Below are positions 33,083 to 48,000 of a DNA stretch of 64,000 nt, piece by piece. The position numbers were made by a program, and so were the translations under genes. Every line of letters begins with the position of its first letter. The first letter of the stretch is position 1. The notes under the pieces were generated by a model. It was given only the letters and a program-made list of their open reading frames with translations. It did no database searches and was not told where the DNA came from. The stretch lies in the NCBI GenBank assembly GCA_002633005.1, contig NMRA01000036.1, positions 434,001 through 498,000 on the forward strand. Reading direction: 5' to 3'. The stretch is from Phoronis australis. Lineage: Eukaryota > Animalia > Phoronida.

Positions 33083-36000
33083 GTAATCAGAAATGCCAAC
33101 TGTACAACTGCTTCATTTCAGCTGTTGGTTGTTTAGTGTTCACATGGTGTTAGACCAACAGTCTTACTGATTAGGATTATGTACCTGTGTTTAGTGTACT
33201 GCATTTACTCTGAGTCTTTTGATACCAATAGTGAGAATGAACATGTAAAATAAACTTGGGATATGTTTGGTGTTTTAAATCAGAAGGGTCATGTCTATAT
33301 TGAGAGGATATGCCTCACTGAAATTAGGATAGCACCCTTTAAAAGAGTCGGAAAGATGAAAGGTTCCTTTTAGGGTGGAAGCGTGTTCCATTTGTTGGAG
33401 CTTCTATCAAAAAGTCAACCTTCTGTGGAGGATTTAAGATTGTTATTGCCTTGGTATGGAACTAGTCACTTAGTAATCTTACAAATGTGGACAATCTTAA
33501 GGTAGCAAACAATTTGTCCATCAGCATGCCATTTTTTTTGGTCACATCAGGTGACCTAATGAATGAGGTAGTTCTTCCGACAGGCCCAAAAAGTCTCAAC
33601 AAAACACATAAGAGTGGCTGCTATTTCCATCACAAACACAGACGTCTCAAAATGTCCAGAAGGTGAAAGAAACTGTTTTGTCTCAGTCAGTGCAGCTCTT
33701 CTTGCTCACTTGAATTAGAAATTGGATCAAGATAAAGACACTTTTTGTGCTTTCTCATTGCTAAAGTGTTGTAAAGGAAACAGCCCTTAAATGCATGATC
33801 GATTGATTACAAAGTGTGTTTGTGTCACAAGTTAGACAGTGGCAGACAAATTTGCCTAATGTATGGTGGCTAACAACATAAAATTGCATTCATTTTGAAA
33901 TAATTACAAGCCATGGATGTGGGCTAAGCCATTGCTGTTTACAATATTCTGCAGGTTGACGACCAGGATCCGTTAGTAAACAGCTTTTCACAGCTCAAAG
34001 ACATACTTAATCATATTGCTAGTAAGTATCATTACATAGTTTAGAATAACATAGTTTTTGGGTTTTTTTGGCCCAGGTATATCAGGTGACAGGTGGTTTT
34101 AGTTCTATCAGATAGATATCCAAAAAATATCCTGATGGATGATTGCATTTAATTCTAGAGCTGTTAGTCTTTATATGCTTTGCATTTTACTTTCTTATTT
34201 GGGACTCAAAGATAATTGATATGAATAAGTGACAACATTAATTGTCTTTTTCCGTTCAGTTACTACGACCAAATGCCATTCACTCCAGTAGTAAAGTTTA
34301 AAATTGTGTGGGCCAATGCATGCTCAGTGTTCTCCACATCTGAAAATCTAAACAGGGTGCACGTGCGAAATTGTCGAAAGTGCGTTGTGTCAACGTTCTC
34401 TTGCCTTGTGTTTACCAATGCACTTTGACAGTAATGTGCAATTAGTGCAAAAAATAACCGTGTATGTTCAACTTTTTATTTTTAAACAAGTGACAAACAT
34501 TTCAAATAAACCATTTGTATATTCAATGACTTAAAAATGGAAGTCTATACAGACATGATTGAAACAGCATGCGGAAACATTTTAATCGATACTAGTTATG
34601 TCAATGTCAACCAAGTCCAAAAATTCTAACATAGAGGTGAACTTTTTAGCAGCAATGTCCTGTTTTTCTTTGCAGTAGACAGTCCAAGTGATGTGTCTTA
34701 GTGAAGCCAGTCACACTTTTATCACATCTGGACAGTCGAGCCTAGGTTTTCTCTCAGTCTTATGTCTTGCATAGCATTTTTATAATCAATTCCCCGCAAT
34801 GTTTGTCTTTACTGCAGTACAACTATGCAGGACCAGAATTCTGCACAACATGGGAGTCCACCATTATAAATAGGTAATTAGGTTTTAATGGGTTCTGTGA
34901 TAAGTTGTCCACTGAACACAAAAGGTGACTGCAGAAGCGATTAACGGTCAGCAACTCTCCTGCTAGATTGCACCTCCAGTGAGCAGGTAGTGGCACTAGG
35001 CCTTTGTTTAAATTCAGTTGACTATGACTTGTTGTTCTAGCGGAATTGAAAAGATGATTGGAGAGACTATTTACAAGCTACGTTACACCTAAATAGACTA
35101 CTGCTCCAGTCTGTTTGAGTGAAATCCTGGATTAGACTTTTGACAACTGACCATTTGGCCTTTATTATGCATCTACAATAGGGTGCATTTTGCCCTCATT
35201 TCTGTCTGTCTGGCATCCGGTGTCTGGCATCCACAGCTGTATCTCCTAAACCCTTCAAAGGATCTAGATGAGATTTAGCAGTTGTGTTCGTATGAAGCTG
35301 ACGACAGATGGCAGCGAATTTCGGACGGATCCGACTACCGGTGTGCCCCCTAATGGCAATTTTAGTTTTTACGTTTAGCTCTGTAGCTTCAAAGATCCTC
35401 AACAGATTTTCATGATAGGCATCTATTGATGGGATCACATCATTTTTCCATTTTCGAATGGATTTGAGGCATTTTGCACCACCTAGTGGCCATTTTTACT
35501 GTTTTAGAGTCTGTTTTTGGCATACGCCCCTCTGTCAACCAAATCATTCTGTGGATGATTGCGAAAATTGGCGTATATGTTCTTAGTGTGTAGAGGACGA
35601 TTGACAGCGATCATCTGATGACTTCAATTACTGTGGCACCTCCTAGTGCCATTTTTTTAGTGCTCATAGCTATATCTCCTAAACTCGCTACAGGATCTTT
35701 ATTATATTTAGCGAATGTATTAACATGAAGTTGACAACGGATGACAATGACTTTCATGCGGATCCCTTTTCCTCTGTTTCTATGAAGTTCCTTGATGGAT
35801 TTTTATGAACTTTGGTAAATAACTTTCTATTAAAAAAAGCGATGATATGTTTCTGTTTTCGAATGGATTCAACATATTTTGCACCATCTAGTGGCCATTT
35901 TTGTTATACAAATAAACAACCATCGATGCACACTGTTTGCAGTGCATTCGTTTCGCATTTCAACTCCACGCTTTTTTCAGTTTCTATGGTCTGTGGCCAG

Positions 36001-39000
36001 TTGTTGTCAAGTGTAATTTGAACCAATTAAACACTGTGTTAACAATGGCAAGATCTATTTTACGAGCGAATCGCTTGTTCAGTTGCTGTGACACATTGAA
36101 AGCGACTGTTGAGAACACTACGTGCTCCATTGCATGGGATTGTATTTTGTTTAGTTTTGATGCTGATTTCATTCAATTCTAATAGGTGTGGAGCATTTGA
36201 ACACAAGGCCAGCATGGCATTCACTGGTCTGCTTTCACTTTTACTAGGTCTTGAGGACATTGAAGCCAATGTTTTTCTCTGCCCGTTCCTGGATGTTATT
36301 CGATCTGAGGATACAACTGGGCCAATCACAGGTCTGGCATTGACCTCTATCAACAAGTTTTTGTCATATGGGCTCATAGGTATGAATCTTATGGAGTATT
36401 TGTCTTGTCACTGACTTTTTCACAGTGCTTATTTAACTGTACCATCATTACTGTGTTAGTGTGCTAAGTAGAAATTCTAGTCTCAGTTGAGTAAAAATTA
36501 CGCTATCATTTTTGAAATGTGAATTACATGACAGAACCGTTCTTTTTGCTGAGAAATACGGGGGATTTCTTTCGTCTATGGCAGTGCTGAAGTTTTTAAT
36601 GCATTCTGCGACGGTTGATATCACAAAAACTTAGAGACGTGAGCTGTGTTCCGTAGACGAAGGAATGTAGTGAGTAAAGTTAGTGTAATCACACGGTTTA
36701 TTTCTAATGCTTAGCGTTATCTCACAACGTCTTGTGTCATCTTGCATACCTGCGATTTTCTTGGGAAAATGGAATGCTGGGCTGACGTTCTTTGAGAACC
36801 TTTCGCGCAAAGGTTTGCTAAAATTCTGGGTATTCATTCAAAGCATTTTTAGGGTCACTTTCAACTTTTGGCTTTTATGGGATGGTTGCTCAGTCTTACT
36901 CGCACCAAAAAACATGTTGCACAAGCCCACTTTTTCAATTGGGATGAGCTTAAGTGACAAGTTTTCCATACAAGTCACCAAGTTTTCTGTGAAGTCACCG
37001 GATGTTGACCGAAGGAAAATTGTCCCTTAAAGCATTTGAGAAATGATATCAGCACTGCTAATTGAGTAATTTCTGCCATAGATGACATACCCCGAATTGG
37101 TTTTAACATAGAAAATTATACGTTTTCTTAATTATACATTTGGGTGCTTCTTGTTTACATTATAGCTAGAAGTTGGACTTTGTATGCCGTTAACACAATG
37201 TCAGGTGTTTGTCCTGTTTAAGGGATTAAATGTAAAGATTGTTCACCTGTTGGTAATTCGCTGTTCCGTCTTTGTGTGGAAGAGGTTTTATATTAACACG
37301 TTTTTGTTTATTGCTTAGATGCTGGGCACGAGACGTCAGCTGCTGCCATCGAGAACATTGCTGATGCCGTTACCCATGCTCGCTTCGTTGGAACTGACCC
37401 TGGCTCTGATGAGGTCGTACTCATGAAGATCTTACATGTGAGTGTGAATGGCAAGAAACGATGTTGTCATGTGTGTACCACCTGTCTGTAAGCTGTCAGC
37501 CATGCTCTTTATGCGGACATCATTTCAGAGCTTGGGAGGAACTGACAACTCGTTATTGCTTAAAATCCAACTCGATATTATTGGTTTACATGGAAGATTG
37601 TTTCATGCACTGAATAATGTCTCTAGCACTGATGAAGTGTCAGTTCTTCTGGGAAGTCACTTCTTAGGAACAAGTGGAGGTCACTTTTTAATTTCAAGTC
37701 ACCTAGTACAAAAATTAGTTTTTTCGACACATAGAGGTCAGGTTTACAGGATTTCAAAATGTCTTTCACCAAAGTGTGTAGCTTCTCTCCCAGTAGAGGG
37801 TGCTTAGGCTCCCTGCGCTGTGGAAGTCCCTCATCAGTAATGTAATGTGCCGCTCTCTATTATTTGTGTTCCCCTCTAGGTACTACGTACATTACTGCTC
37901 ACCCCAGCCGGTACCAAACTGACAAACGAGTCAGTCTGTGAAATCATGCAGTCCTGCTTCAGAATCTGCTTTGAAATGAGATTAAGTGGTAGGTGGGAAC
38001 AGCGCCATCTCTTGGTCTTGCTGGTATTGTTTGAAGATTTTGTTAAATGCAGAACAAACATGAGATGTCTTGCTTGTTTGTCAATTTTTTAGAAAGTTCA
38101 TCTCTGAAAGCAGGGATTCATCTAAATTACAGGTCATATATTGTTTTGCCTGAGCAAATATTGTTATTTTGACTAATTGTGTGCTAAATGATTGCATAGT
38201 TTGAAGCTACTGTGAATAAAAGTGAAGCTGCCCTTTAAAAGCAGATAATCGCCGTTATTCTCCGGTTCATTTTTTTCTGCCAAGTTAACTATAGGTACTT
38301 GTTTTACTTATTCTGTGCTGCATTTGTTGAATGAATGTTTCAATCCGTTTACTGCGGACATGTTGATGTCAAGCGCTGCAAATTTGGTATACGTATTGTT
38401 TGCATTCAGTTTACTGCTCATGTTTGATTTAAAGGGACACATTTAGTTTTATGGCACATTTTTGTGATTATTGTTGGGTAGGGTGAACTTCTTAATAAGT
38501 TACTAGTTTAGACCAGAGTAAAAAAAACAAACCTGTTGCATTTTTCAAATTTTATCAAAAATTACCTGTTGCTGGCATTGGCTTCCAGTCGTTCGATAGA
38601 ATTAATGAAATTGAGGCTGGTAACCTGATTAGTACTTCAAAACGCTTAAAATACTTGGCTACTTGGTACATTGACTTTTATCTCTACTAGCTGAACATTA
38701 GTCTCTGACAACTGAGGCTTCAGGCTGCTCTCAAATACACAACATTGTTGCCGATAATGTTATACGTTAATGCCTGCCTTTGGATTTTCAATAAGTTGGT
38801 TTTTCACTGTCCAAATTCTCTTGTACTTGGCATGGCAGTCACACCCTGGTTCTGGGCTTTAATGGTATGAGTTGAAAACATTAAGTTGAATGCAGCAGCC
38901 AGAAATTTTGGCTATTTATTTATTATGCTCTAATAGGAGTTGGTATACTCCAAGTGTTTCTCTCTGCATTATTATAGAATTACTGCGCAAGTCAGCTGAA

Positions 39001-42000
39001 CACACACTCATGGACATGGTTCAGTTGCTCTTCTCCCGACTACCACAGTTCAAAGAGGATGCCAAATGGGCACTGACCATGAAAAAGGTGACAGTCTTTG
39101 CTTACTAATATATCTCAGGTTTTAAGAAACCTGCTTAATGTAAAATTCATAGTTACATCAGACATACGTGTTCAGACGAAATATGAAGATGTACAGGTTC
39201 ATCAGATGTAACGCTATTTCAATAATTGTTTTATTTTTCTTGGTGACAAGTAGACTTCATATATGAAATTAGATTAGTGAGTTAAGCTGCAACAGATGCA
39301 TTGTGGAATTTGGTTTTAATGATCTGTTCGGTGTTACATTAAAACTGGCCTTCATTTATCTTAGACACTGATTTTTTAAACTTTTTCTTTTTGCGCTGCG
39401 ACTACAACAGTTAAAAATGCGTGCCGGGAGCATAGACCCACGGAACAAAAAGAAACGCCAACAGGGTAAGAAACCTAAGAAGCCGTCACTGCAGCCAGTA
39501 CCCGAGTCCCACAACCCACCAACTGAAGAGACCAATCAGAAGGTCCCTCTGGAACAAAGTGAGAGTTACGTCCCCGACCCAGCTCAAGACCTCGCGTCAG
39601 AGTCTGAGGGAATGGTGGCGATGAGGGATGGTGATTCATCGGGCGCTCTGGCACTGGAAGAGGATCCTGAAGTGGACGCCATCTTGGTTCAGCCAGAGAC
39701 GATTGCCACGACACCTGTTGCTCCTAGCGACACTGTGGTGGACATTCAAGAAAGTTTTCAGGTGAAAATGAATGGAACGTTGTATTTTTATTATCATATT
39801 TAAGATTTACTCTATAAGTTTTTGTGACTGAGGGATTTTCACTATTGCTGGAACTACATGTGCTATAGTAGCCCTTAAACGTTGTACCAAAAATTTTCAT
39901 ATTGTTTTCGATATTATTTCCTTAAAATTTTAACAACAACCACCAGAGCCAAGTCGACATAGATACATTCCGAGCTAATCTATCTGTGGGCACTATTAGA
40001 TGGGTTCCTGTGTCTTTTCACATGTCTGGAATAATTTCCACTAATCCGTTGTGTCCCCGAGTGGTTGAGAATCTGTAGCCCCCTATCAGCAGACCTTGAA
40101 AATGCCCTCGCCAGACGGCTGTGAGACAACATTCTGTTTATTAATATATACTCCTATTGGCTGAGACTAGTCTGGCTCGGAATTTTAATTGTCACAAATG
40201 TCTTAACTTACGAATAAATTTTCCTGTAATTAATCCTGCGAACTTTGTTGGAATTCGGAATCTCCGCACATTGGTGCCAAATATTTTCCTATTAAAAATT
40301 TGTAGAAATAAATACTGGATATATTTCTGTCAGTTTTCACGCAATCTTAACTAGACAAAACAGCCCGAGTGTAAATGGTAAATTTTCTTCGACGTAGGAG
40401 GCATATGACAAAGATGCTGATGATCAGAATCAAAGACAGTTGGAAATTGTTAATTCTGAGTCAAATGCGGGAAAGTTATATCAAGAACTAGCAGGCTGTG
40501 ATGCCAGTCAGAAGACTGAACAAGAACTACCAACTGACTCGGCGGCTCATCAAGTCTTATTGCCTGTTGGTACGGAGGTAAGCAGATATCTTCACCCTGT
40601 AAGCAAAAGCACATAATATTTTCAGCAAATGCTTATTGAAAATGAATAATTCTTCTACTATGTTGATGTGCATGCTTGTTAAAATTATTGTTTCATTGTC
40701 ATGCATTGTGCGATTTATTTGTTTCTCCAGTTCCATATGTCCGAAGCATTAAAAAGTTTCTGCATCATTTCACGGGACTATTCAGTCATCCGATTGTGTA
40801 ACTCAAAGACTTTCTGTAACTTAATTTGATATCCTTTGTTGATTGGAGTGAAACCTCGTTTCCTATGTGTTTGCCGTGTTATAGGTTTTACATGAATTGT
40901 GCATTGCAATAGATACTCAGTTGCCGCAGGTTTAAAATGGCATGCACACTAGGATGAAAGTTTTGCCTGTTTGTGCGCCATGCTGTGTTCTGTAAACCCA
41001 GAACACCGGGCATGCTTTTGTGGTAAGAAATCTTCACTTTTGGAATGGTAACAGTGAATTCTATCCCATAATTCAACATTCCAACCTTGCCGACCAACCA
41101 CTTCAGTGACTGCCATTTTGTTAGGGTATGCTAGTTTTAAGCTCCGGAGCATACTCGCAAAACCCTCATGTTTCACTCGTAAGATTTTGCGTTTTCGCCA
41201 GATGCTTGTGTCTATAGAACACAGCTGTGGTAAAAAGTGCTTTGCTACGTTATTTGTTGTTCTTTCTCTCAAGCCCTCGGACACGGACAGTAATGCTCCT
41301 GGTGATACCAGTATGACCGAGATGACTGAGGACTACGTCAATCCCAAGGGTGTCAGATTTGTACAGCAACGCCAGCCCAAGGAGGGTAAGTCATGATTCC
41401 AACCACACATATGGCAAAGAATATATCCAAGGGCCTGTTTTGTGGAACTTAACCATTGTCTTTAAATAAATACTCCTAAGACCCAGCATTGAATTTATCG
41501 TAAGTGTGATTTGTAGAGTTTTATGCTAAGAATTCCATCATCTTAAAACCTTTGCCACCTAGCAAGCATTGCACTCTGTGCAAGGAATTCCTAACTCGTC
41601 TGATGACATCATTCCCAAAGAACCCACTACTGTGGGCAAGACTGGGTCTTTGAGTTCTGTCATATCAGGTAATTAACTGTTGGCTGGTGGTGAATTTGTG
41701 ACTATGTCAATTTTATTTGTTTTTTTTTTTGTAACAAATTCTAAGGTTGTTCTAATCTTGTGACTACAAATGATGTCAGATGCTAGTCCTGCATTTGAGG
41801 TCAAAATCTTGTGGACGAGTGGTGGATACAATCTGTTGGTTGTGTTTCGAGCTTTATAAAAGTGGGCACTGATGAGGTTTGAAAAGTCAAGGAGTATGCC
41901 TTTAGTCATCAGTTTGAATGTTGGCATGTCATTAACACTCTTCTGCAACAGTAGTGTAATGGCTGGATTCCATTATTGTTGTCTAGTGTTCTTGGGTTTC

Positions 42001-45000
42001 ATGATATTGAACTTGCTGTGAATAATTGACCTTCAATATCTTGGTGGCTAAAGCACTGATTTCACAAAATAAACAGAACAATTGTGAATCAAAGGTAGTG
42101 AAACAAAGAAATACTGTTAGTAATTTAAAGTTTGGAAGTCAACATGAACTTTGAAAAAATTTAGATAGAAGGAATTATTGTCTGACTGTGATAATCTTAG
42201 TGACGACTTCATGGCAACTTGGGATTTTTCCCACGTCGCCAAACGCAATCTAAGGCCCCAGGTTGCCAAGTTGAGCAGTGCATTTCATACAGCCAGCACT
42301 GTTCCAATATTTCAGGTCATGGCCCTCTCATACCATATGGCCTGCCGTGCGTCCGGGAGCTGTTCCGCTTTCTCATCTCTCTCAGCAACCCGTACGACCG
42401 AAACAACACGGACGTCATGATCCACATGGGACTGACCCTGCTCACTGCCGCCCTGGAATCCGGGGCTGACCACATCTCCTGCACCAACTCACTTCTCATG
42501 CTGGTCAGGGATGATCTGTGTAAAAATCTCTTCTCTGTAAGTTTGCTTTGAAGGGCCACTGTCACATTTGTTCGTTGAATGATCGGTTGAAAGTGCTCTG
42601 TTGTGCTAAGTAATTGAATATTTTGTTAAAAATGCAGTGTCACCACTGGTCAGGTCATTATCTTTGAGTCCTTGCAATGTTGAAATTAAAAACCCAAACA
42701 ATAGATTTGGGTTCGTATTACAATGAGTGTGTTTTCACTCGCATTCCCAGACTTGTTCATTAACCCTCAGCAAAGAAGCCGAGTCTTGAGTCCTAGCTTT
42801 TGATGTGTTGTACCTGTCATATCAATTTCATGTATTTCTAGTTACTACAGTCTGAGAGGTTGTCATTGTTTGCTGGGTCACTGAGGGTCTGTTTTCTATT
42901 GTTTGAGTCGCTGCGCAGTCATCTCAAGCTGCAGTTAGAGGTAAGTGAAAACAGCAAGAATCAACGTTGCTTGTAACTGTGAGTCATTGTAAATAATTCA
43001 GAAAAGTTTTAACGTCCTTCTTATGGTGCAGACAGATTGTAGTAAATAGCTGTAAGAATTTTTTCGAGACGAGTGGATTGCCTTTGATAGTTGAGTGCAT
43101 TTTTCTAACTCTGTAAGGTTTTGTCACTTGGAAACATGTTCTCTATTCTTGAGTGAACAGGGTGAGATAACAATAATCCTATTGAGTGTAGTCATTTACT
43201 AATAAAATAATTTTAAAGTCACCAAAGTCGTGATTTTTGTTTGCCATTGGGCAAGATTTTATTATAATGCAGTGTTATCCCTACATGTAATCAAACATGG
43301 CGCTGCACCATGTTTGAAAAGCCATAATTTTTTTCTTCGTCACAAGACAAATGAAGTGGTGTTCCACAGTGGTACTTGTCTTTCTCTATTACTTAGCAGT
43401 GAAAATGACAGTGACATACTCAATGTTTGGAAATAATACGTAAGCAATAGTCATGTTTTTGACTTAACAAAAAAGAAATTAGGATGGAAAAAATGACACA
43501 GAATGCTCACCATGTTTGAAGTTTTGCTCATTCAGAACCCTGTATTGCTTCAGTTTCTAATGGTAATTTCTCTTGTGCAGTAATATGATTTCCTGGAATA
43601 GTGCATTTTGTCAATTTTCTCATCTCAGATGTACCTTACTAAGTTGTCGTCGATCATCGTCTCTGACTCGCCCCGTATCAGCCTGGAACAGCGTGAAATT
43701 GCACTGGAGTCAGTTGTCCAGCTATGGAGGATCCCCGGCTTAGTCACTGAACTGTATCTTAACTATGACTGTGATCTCTACTGCTCTAACTTGTTTGAGG
43801 ACTTGACCAAACTGTTGTCTAAGGTTAGCGAGATGTATTTGTAGTTCTGATAAGATGTGGGCTAAATGTTAGTTATGAAGAGGATACGATTGCAGTCACA
43901 GTGGCCATTTGATTTGTGAAGTATACTTTAATATGCGATGGTCTTAAATTATAAACCTGGCAAATCAGTCTGCGTTGATGCCATCATGTTTATCACATGT
44001 CTTGCTGTTCGGGCAATTTTTGTTATTCCTAATCTATCATTAAATATTCTTATATGAACTCATATTAATGCTTGGTATAATATTTCATGTAAAGTTTATC
44101 ACCAGTTATAATAATTTATGTGATTTCTTGTCACCAAGTGATGATAAATGATCAGAAGGGTTTTCCATGTAATTTTGATGCTATGAATGATGATCATACT
44201 AATATCACACTCTTATGAATTTGCATTGACCAAAATGGCTATGTAGTGTCCCATTATGACTCTTGCTATTACAGAATGCGTTCCCCGTCTCTGGACTTTT
44301 TTCTACTCACCTGCTCTCTCTTGATGCTCTGTTGACAGTGGTAGACACAATAGAGCAGCACTGTCACACTAGAATTCTCAGCACAAAAGGTTGGTGGAGA
44401 TCAAAGCCTGTTTTTTCATTGTAAAGTTGGTAGTGTCATTCTAGTGTTGCTACTTGACAGCGTTTTGTCAGGCTTGATCTGGATATCCAGGCGTCCGGTA
44501 TTTGCAGATAATGAGATGTATCCCCTAAAACTCCATGCAAGATTGTAATGAGATTTGGCAGATGAGTTCCTAAAAAGCTGGCGACGGATGATGATGAATT
44601 TTGGACTGATGCAAGTACCATTATGCTCTCGAGTGGGAATCTTATTGTTTTATCTCTGCCTTTGTGTCTAAGGCATTGTCATATGGATTTTCATGAAATT
44701 TGGCAAATAGGTTTTCTATTAAGGAGAGGACACCTCAATTTTGGATGGCTTTGACGATTCTGCTTTATCTAGTGACCAGTTTTAAAATTTTTGAGTGAGT
44801 CTGTATTTTGGTGTTCACCCATTTATCTGCCTGTACCAAACCATTTGAAGGTTCATTAAGGTGTTTCTGATGAGGAAATCGCAACTGACATTGATTTTTG
44901 GATGAGCTTGAATATTCTGGTGCCCCCTAGTGGGGGTTTGTTTTTTTCTGCGTCTGCAGCTGTATCTCCTTAACCTTATGCAGATGTCAACAGGTGATGA

Positions 45001-48000
45001 CGAGTTTCAGACCCACGTGATGATTGGTGTGCCCGTAGTTGAAATTTTATTTTACTATATTGTAAATATGACTATGGCTGCCTACGACTTTTGGGTAGTT
45101 CTGACTGCTCCTGTACCCCATAGATTAGCTTTCACGTTTGCCTCTGTATCTTCAGATTTCTTTGACAGTTTTTAATGAAGTTTGCCAAACATTTCTGTTA
45201 TGATTGGGATAGCATCTTTCCATTTTGGGATGGATTTGCTGTATTCTGCTCCACCCAGTGGCCATTTTTATTATTTTTGGTTTGTCTACCTCTGTATTCT
45301 CCAAACAGCTCAGAGAATCATTATGAAAATTGGCAAATGTATTCTATTGACAAGACCACAGCTGTCTTGGATTTTCAGATGGATCCAATTACTGTGAGGC
45401 CCTTTAATGACATTTTTATCCATGGCTGTACCTGCTTAGAAGATCTTTTGTGGCAGTCATTTTCCTATTAATTTAACACAAGATGGAAGGGTTTGTCTGC
45501 CGCTTCGCCTCCTAATGGCAATTTGTTGTTTTCATGTTTGCCTCTGTAATCTGTGGCTGATTTTCAGGGGTGGTTGCATTTCAATGTTCGTTGTTGCTTT
45601 TGTAAATATTTTTGAAATATTTACATAGTTTTCACTAGCAGTTTATTAATAGTTAAGAGATATGCAGAAAAAATACTTATCACGAGTCGGAAAGGCATAT
45701 GGCTATGTGTTATTGTAATGCCATCTTTCACTGTGATTTGAGCAGTCACTGATCTGTACCCTAAAGGGAGGGGAGAGAAATGAAATAAGAATATTTTTGC
45801 CAAGATGACTGATAAAAATTACTTTTTTGTACGTTAATTGACCATATCAAAAATGTGTTTTAAAAGTGAATATTTTCACTTCTGTGTTGATCAGTATTAT
45901 TTCATGCTGCCTTGTAATAAAATACAACAGCTGTTCGACTCTTAAGGTTTATTTCTTCTTGTTACCAACAGCCAAAGAGAGTGAGAAGCCATCAGAAGGC
46001 TCTGACACCGAGTCTGGCTGGACCACGTTACCTGTATCAGGTTATGCCGTTGGACAAAAAATACTTGCCAAGACCAATATGGGTTTGTATGGCTTCACCC
46101 AGAAAGCAATTCACATATTCGCAGCAGTACCTATAGGTTGTTATGGTCTGCTGACAGTAGAATAGGCATTCAGCTGTCAATGGGGCATGGCATGGTTGTG
46201 TAAACACTGTTAATGTGTTACCAGGCATGTAAAAAGGTATTGGATTTGATCAATTCAACACTTAGTGACTTGATGTTGAAAACTGGGTGGGACCTTTGGA
46301 TGTAAGTCAACTTAACTTTGGCTCAAGTCAAAATTTGATGTACAGTGAAATTAAAATCGCAGAAATACTAATCTGTGTAGTAACATGGAATGTCTAGAGT
46401 TGGGTGTCGTCTATTTTGTTCACAGATGTGAAGTCTAAGTTAAAAGAGTTGAACCGAACACCACAAATACGACCAAATAGAATGTCTGTGTCCACCAATT
46501 TACCAACTGTTGAAGAACTGACAGCCATAAAACAGAAGAAGAGGGTAAAAACTTTTTTCATTTCTAAACTTTAACTCGTGTTCTTGAATAATTCTCTTTC
46601 ACAAGCTCTTGCTATGTAGTTGTCTTATTTCAGATACACAATTTTGTATAGTGTTGCATTGCACTTTTATAAGCCTTTGGCTACAATAGGCGAAAAAATG
46701 TTATCATCATTTATCATTTTTATCACTTGTGCAGACGTTTTCTTTGGACATTGTGGTTTACACACCCTTTATGACTCTGCTCCCTAGATGCACCAGTGAC
46801 ACTATACAACCTGTAGCTTGAAATTAAGTTGGTCAGGGTAGTCAGTGCTCCTACAAACTTCAAGGAGTTTCATAGTTATGGCAATTTTTATGAATGTTCA
46901 TAAGAAAACATTTGACTGTGAGGCTTGTCAAAGGAAATGCAAATCAGTGTGCGTATTTCGTGAGTTAGGCTGGCTGAATTGCCCATCAGTGTGTATAACT
47001 TTATTTTAAGCCCTTTTCTTGTTTGAATTTTATGACGGCCACACCACAGCCCCTTGTAGATATTGCGTGAAATTAAAATTTCTATTGCAGTTATTAATAC
47101 AAGGCACAGAACACTTCAACACGAAGCCGGCCAAGGGTATCACGTTCCTGCAGGAGCACGGCTTGTTGGCCACGCCTCTTGACCCCGACGAGGTTTCAAG
47201 GTTCTTAAAGGAAGACTACAAACTAGACAAGAAGATGATTGCAGAGTATATTTGTAAAAAGTCAAATAAAGCAGTTCTGGAGGCGTTTGTTTAGTACGTT
47301 GTTTTTTTGCTTCTTGTTCGGTTTAGCAGTTCGGTATAGATGAATAAGGATTGATACCATTGTTTGCCTAAAGTGGTGTTACAAATATACATCCAGGGCC
47401 TGTCACAGAATTCAAAACGATTGGAAGGTAGTGAGATCATGCGTTTTACTCAGCGATATTTCACGAATACTTGCATGATTTTGCCCACATGATGTAAAAT
47501 GATTTTATATAAACTGTTATACCAAGATGAGCTGTTTTGTGACAATTTTAGTGTCTAAATAAGAATGTTCATAATGATGTTGTCTTAGGATTATTATATT
47601 TTTGCAATGTACACAGCATTTACTTCTCCAAGCATTTACTCTATCTATTGCTATGGAAACCTGTAGAGCCATGAGTTTCATTCTTGTGTCTTGCTTATTT
47701 TCAGCTCCTACGACTTTGCCAATAAACGCATCGATGAGGCCTTACGCATGTTTCTGGAGTCGTTCCGACTGCCTGGAGAGTCTCCAGTTATATCTTACTT
47801 GATGGAGTATTTCTCTGATCACTGGCATGTGAGTTTTATTCAGAGTTTTAAGTTATCAGGGAAATTGTGAAGAAAGGCATGCAGCCTCATCAATTAAATT
47901 TAAAGTGTATAAATAGATTGAAGGACCACCTTGCCCACTTGAACTGGTGACGTGAAGTGTTTCTTATGTGGTACTTTTAGAAAATAATTTATTTAAACCA

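Noticed and set aside
41865-41900. Hammerhead-like ggca-CTGATGA-ggttt-GAAA...ta-tgcc
   Set aside because: Stem I pairs over 4 bp, but stem II is too short and stem III cannot pair; likely chance.
47291-47294. Apparent in-frame TAG in the GBF1 Sec7 exon
   Set aside because: The codon is split by an intron (TA|gtacgt...ag|C gives TAC, Tyr), so it is not a nonsense mutation.
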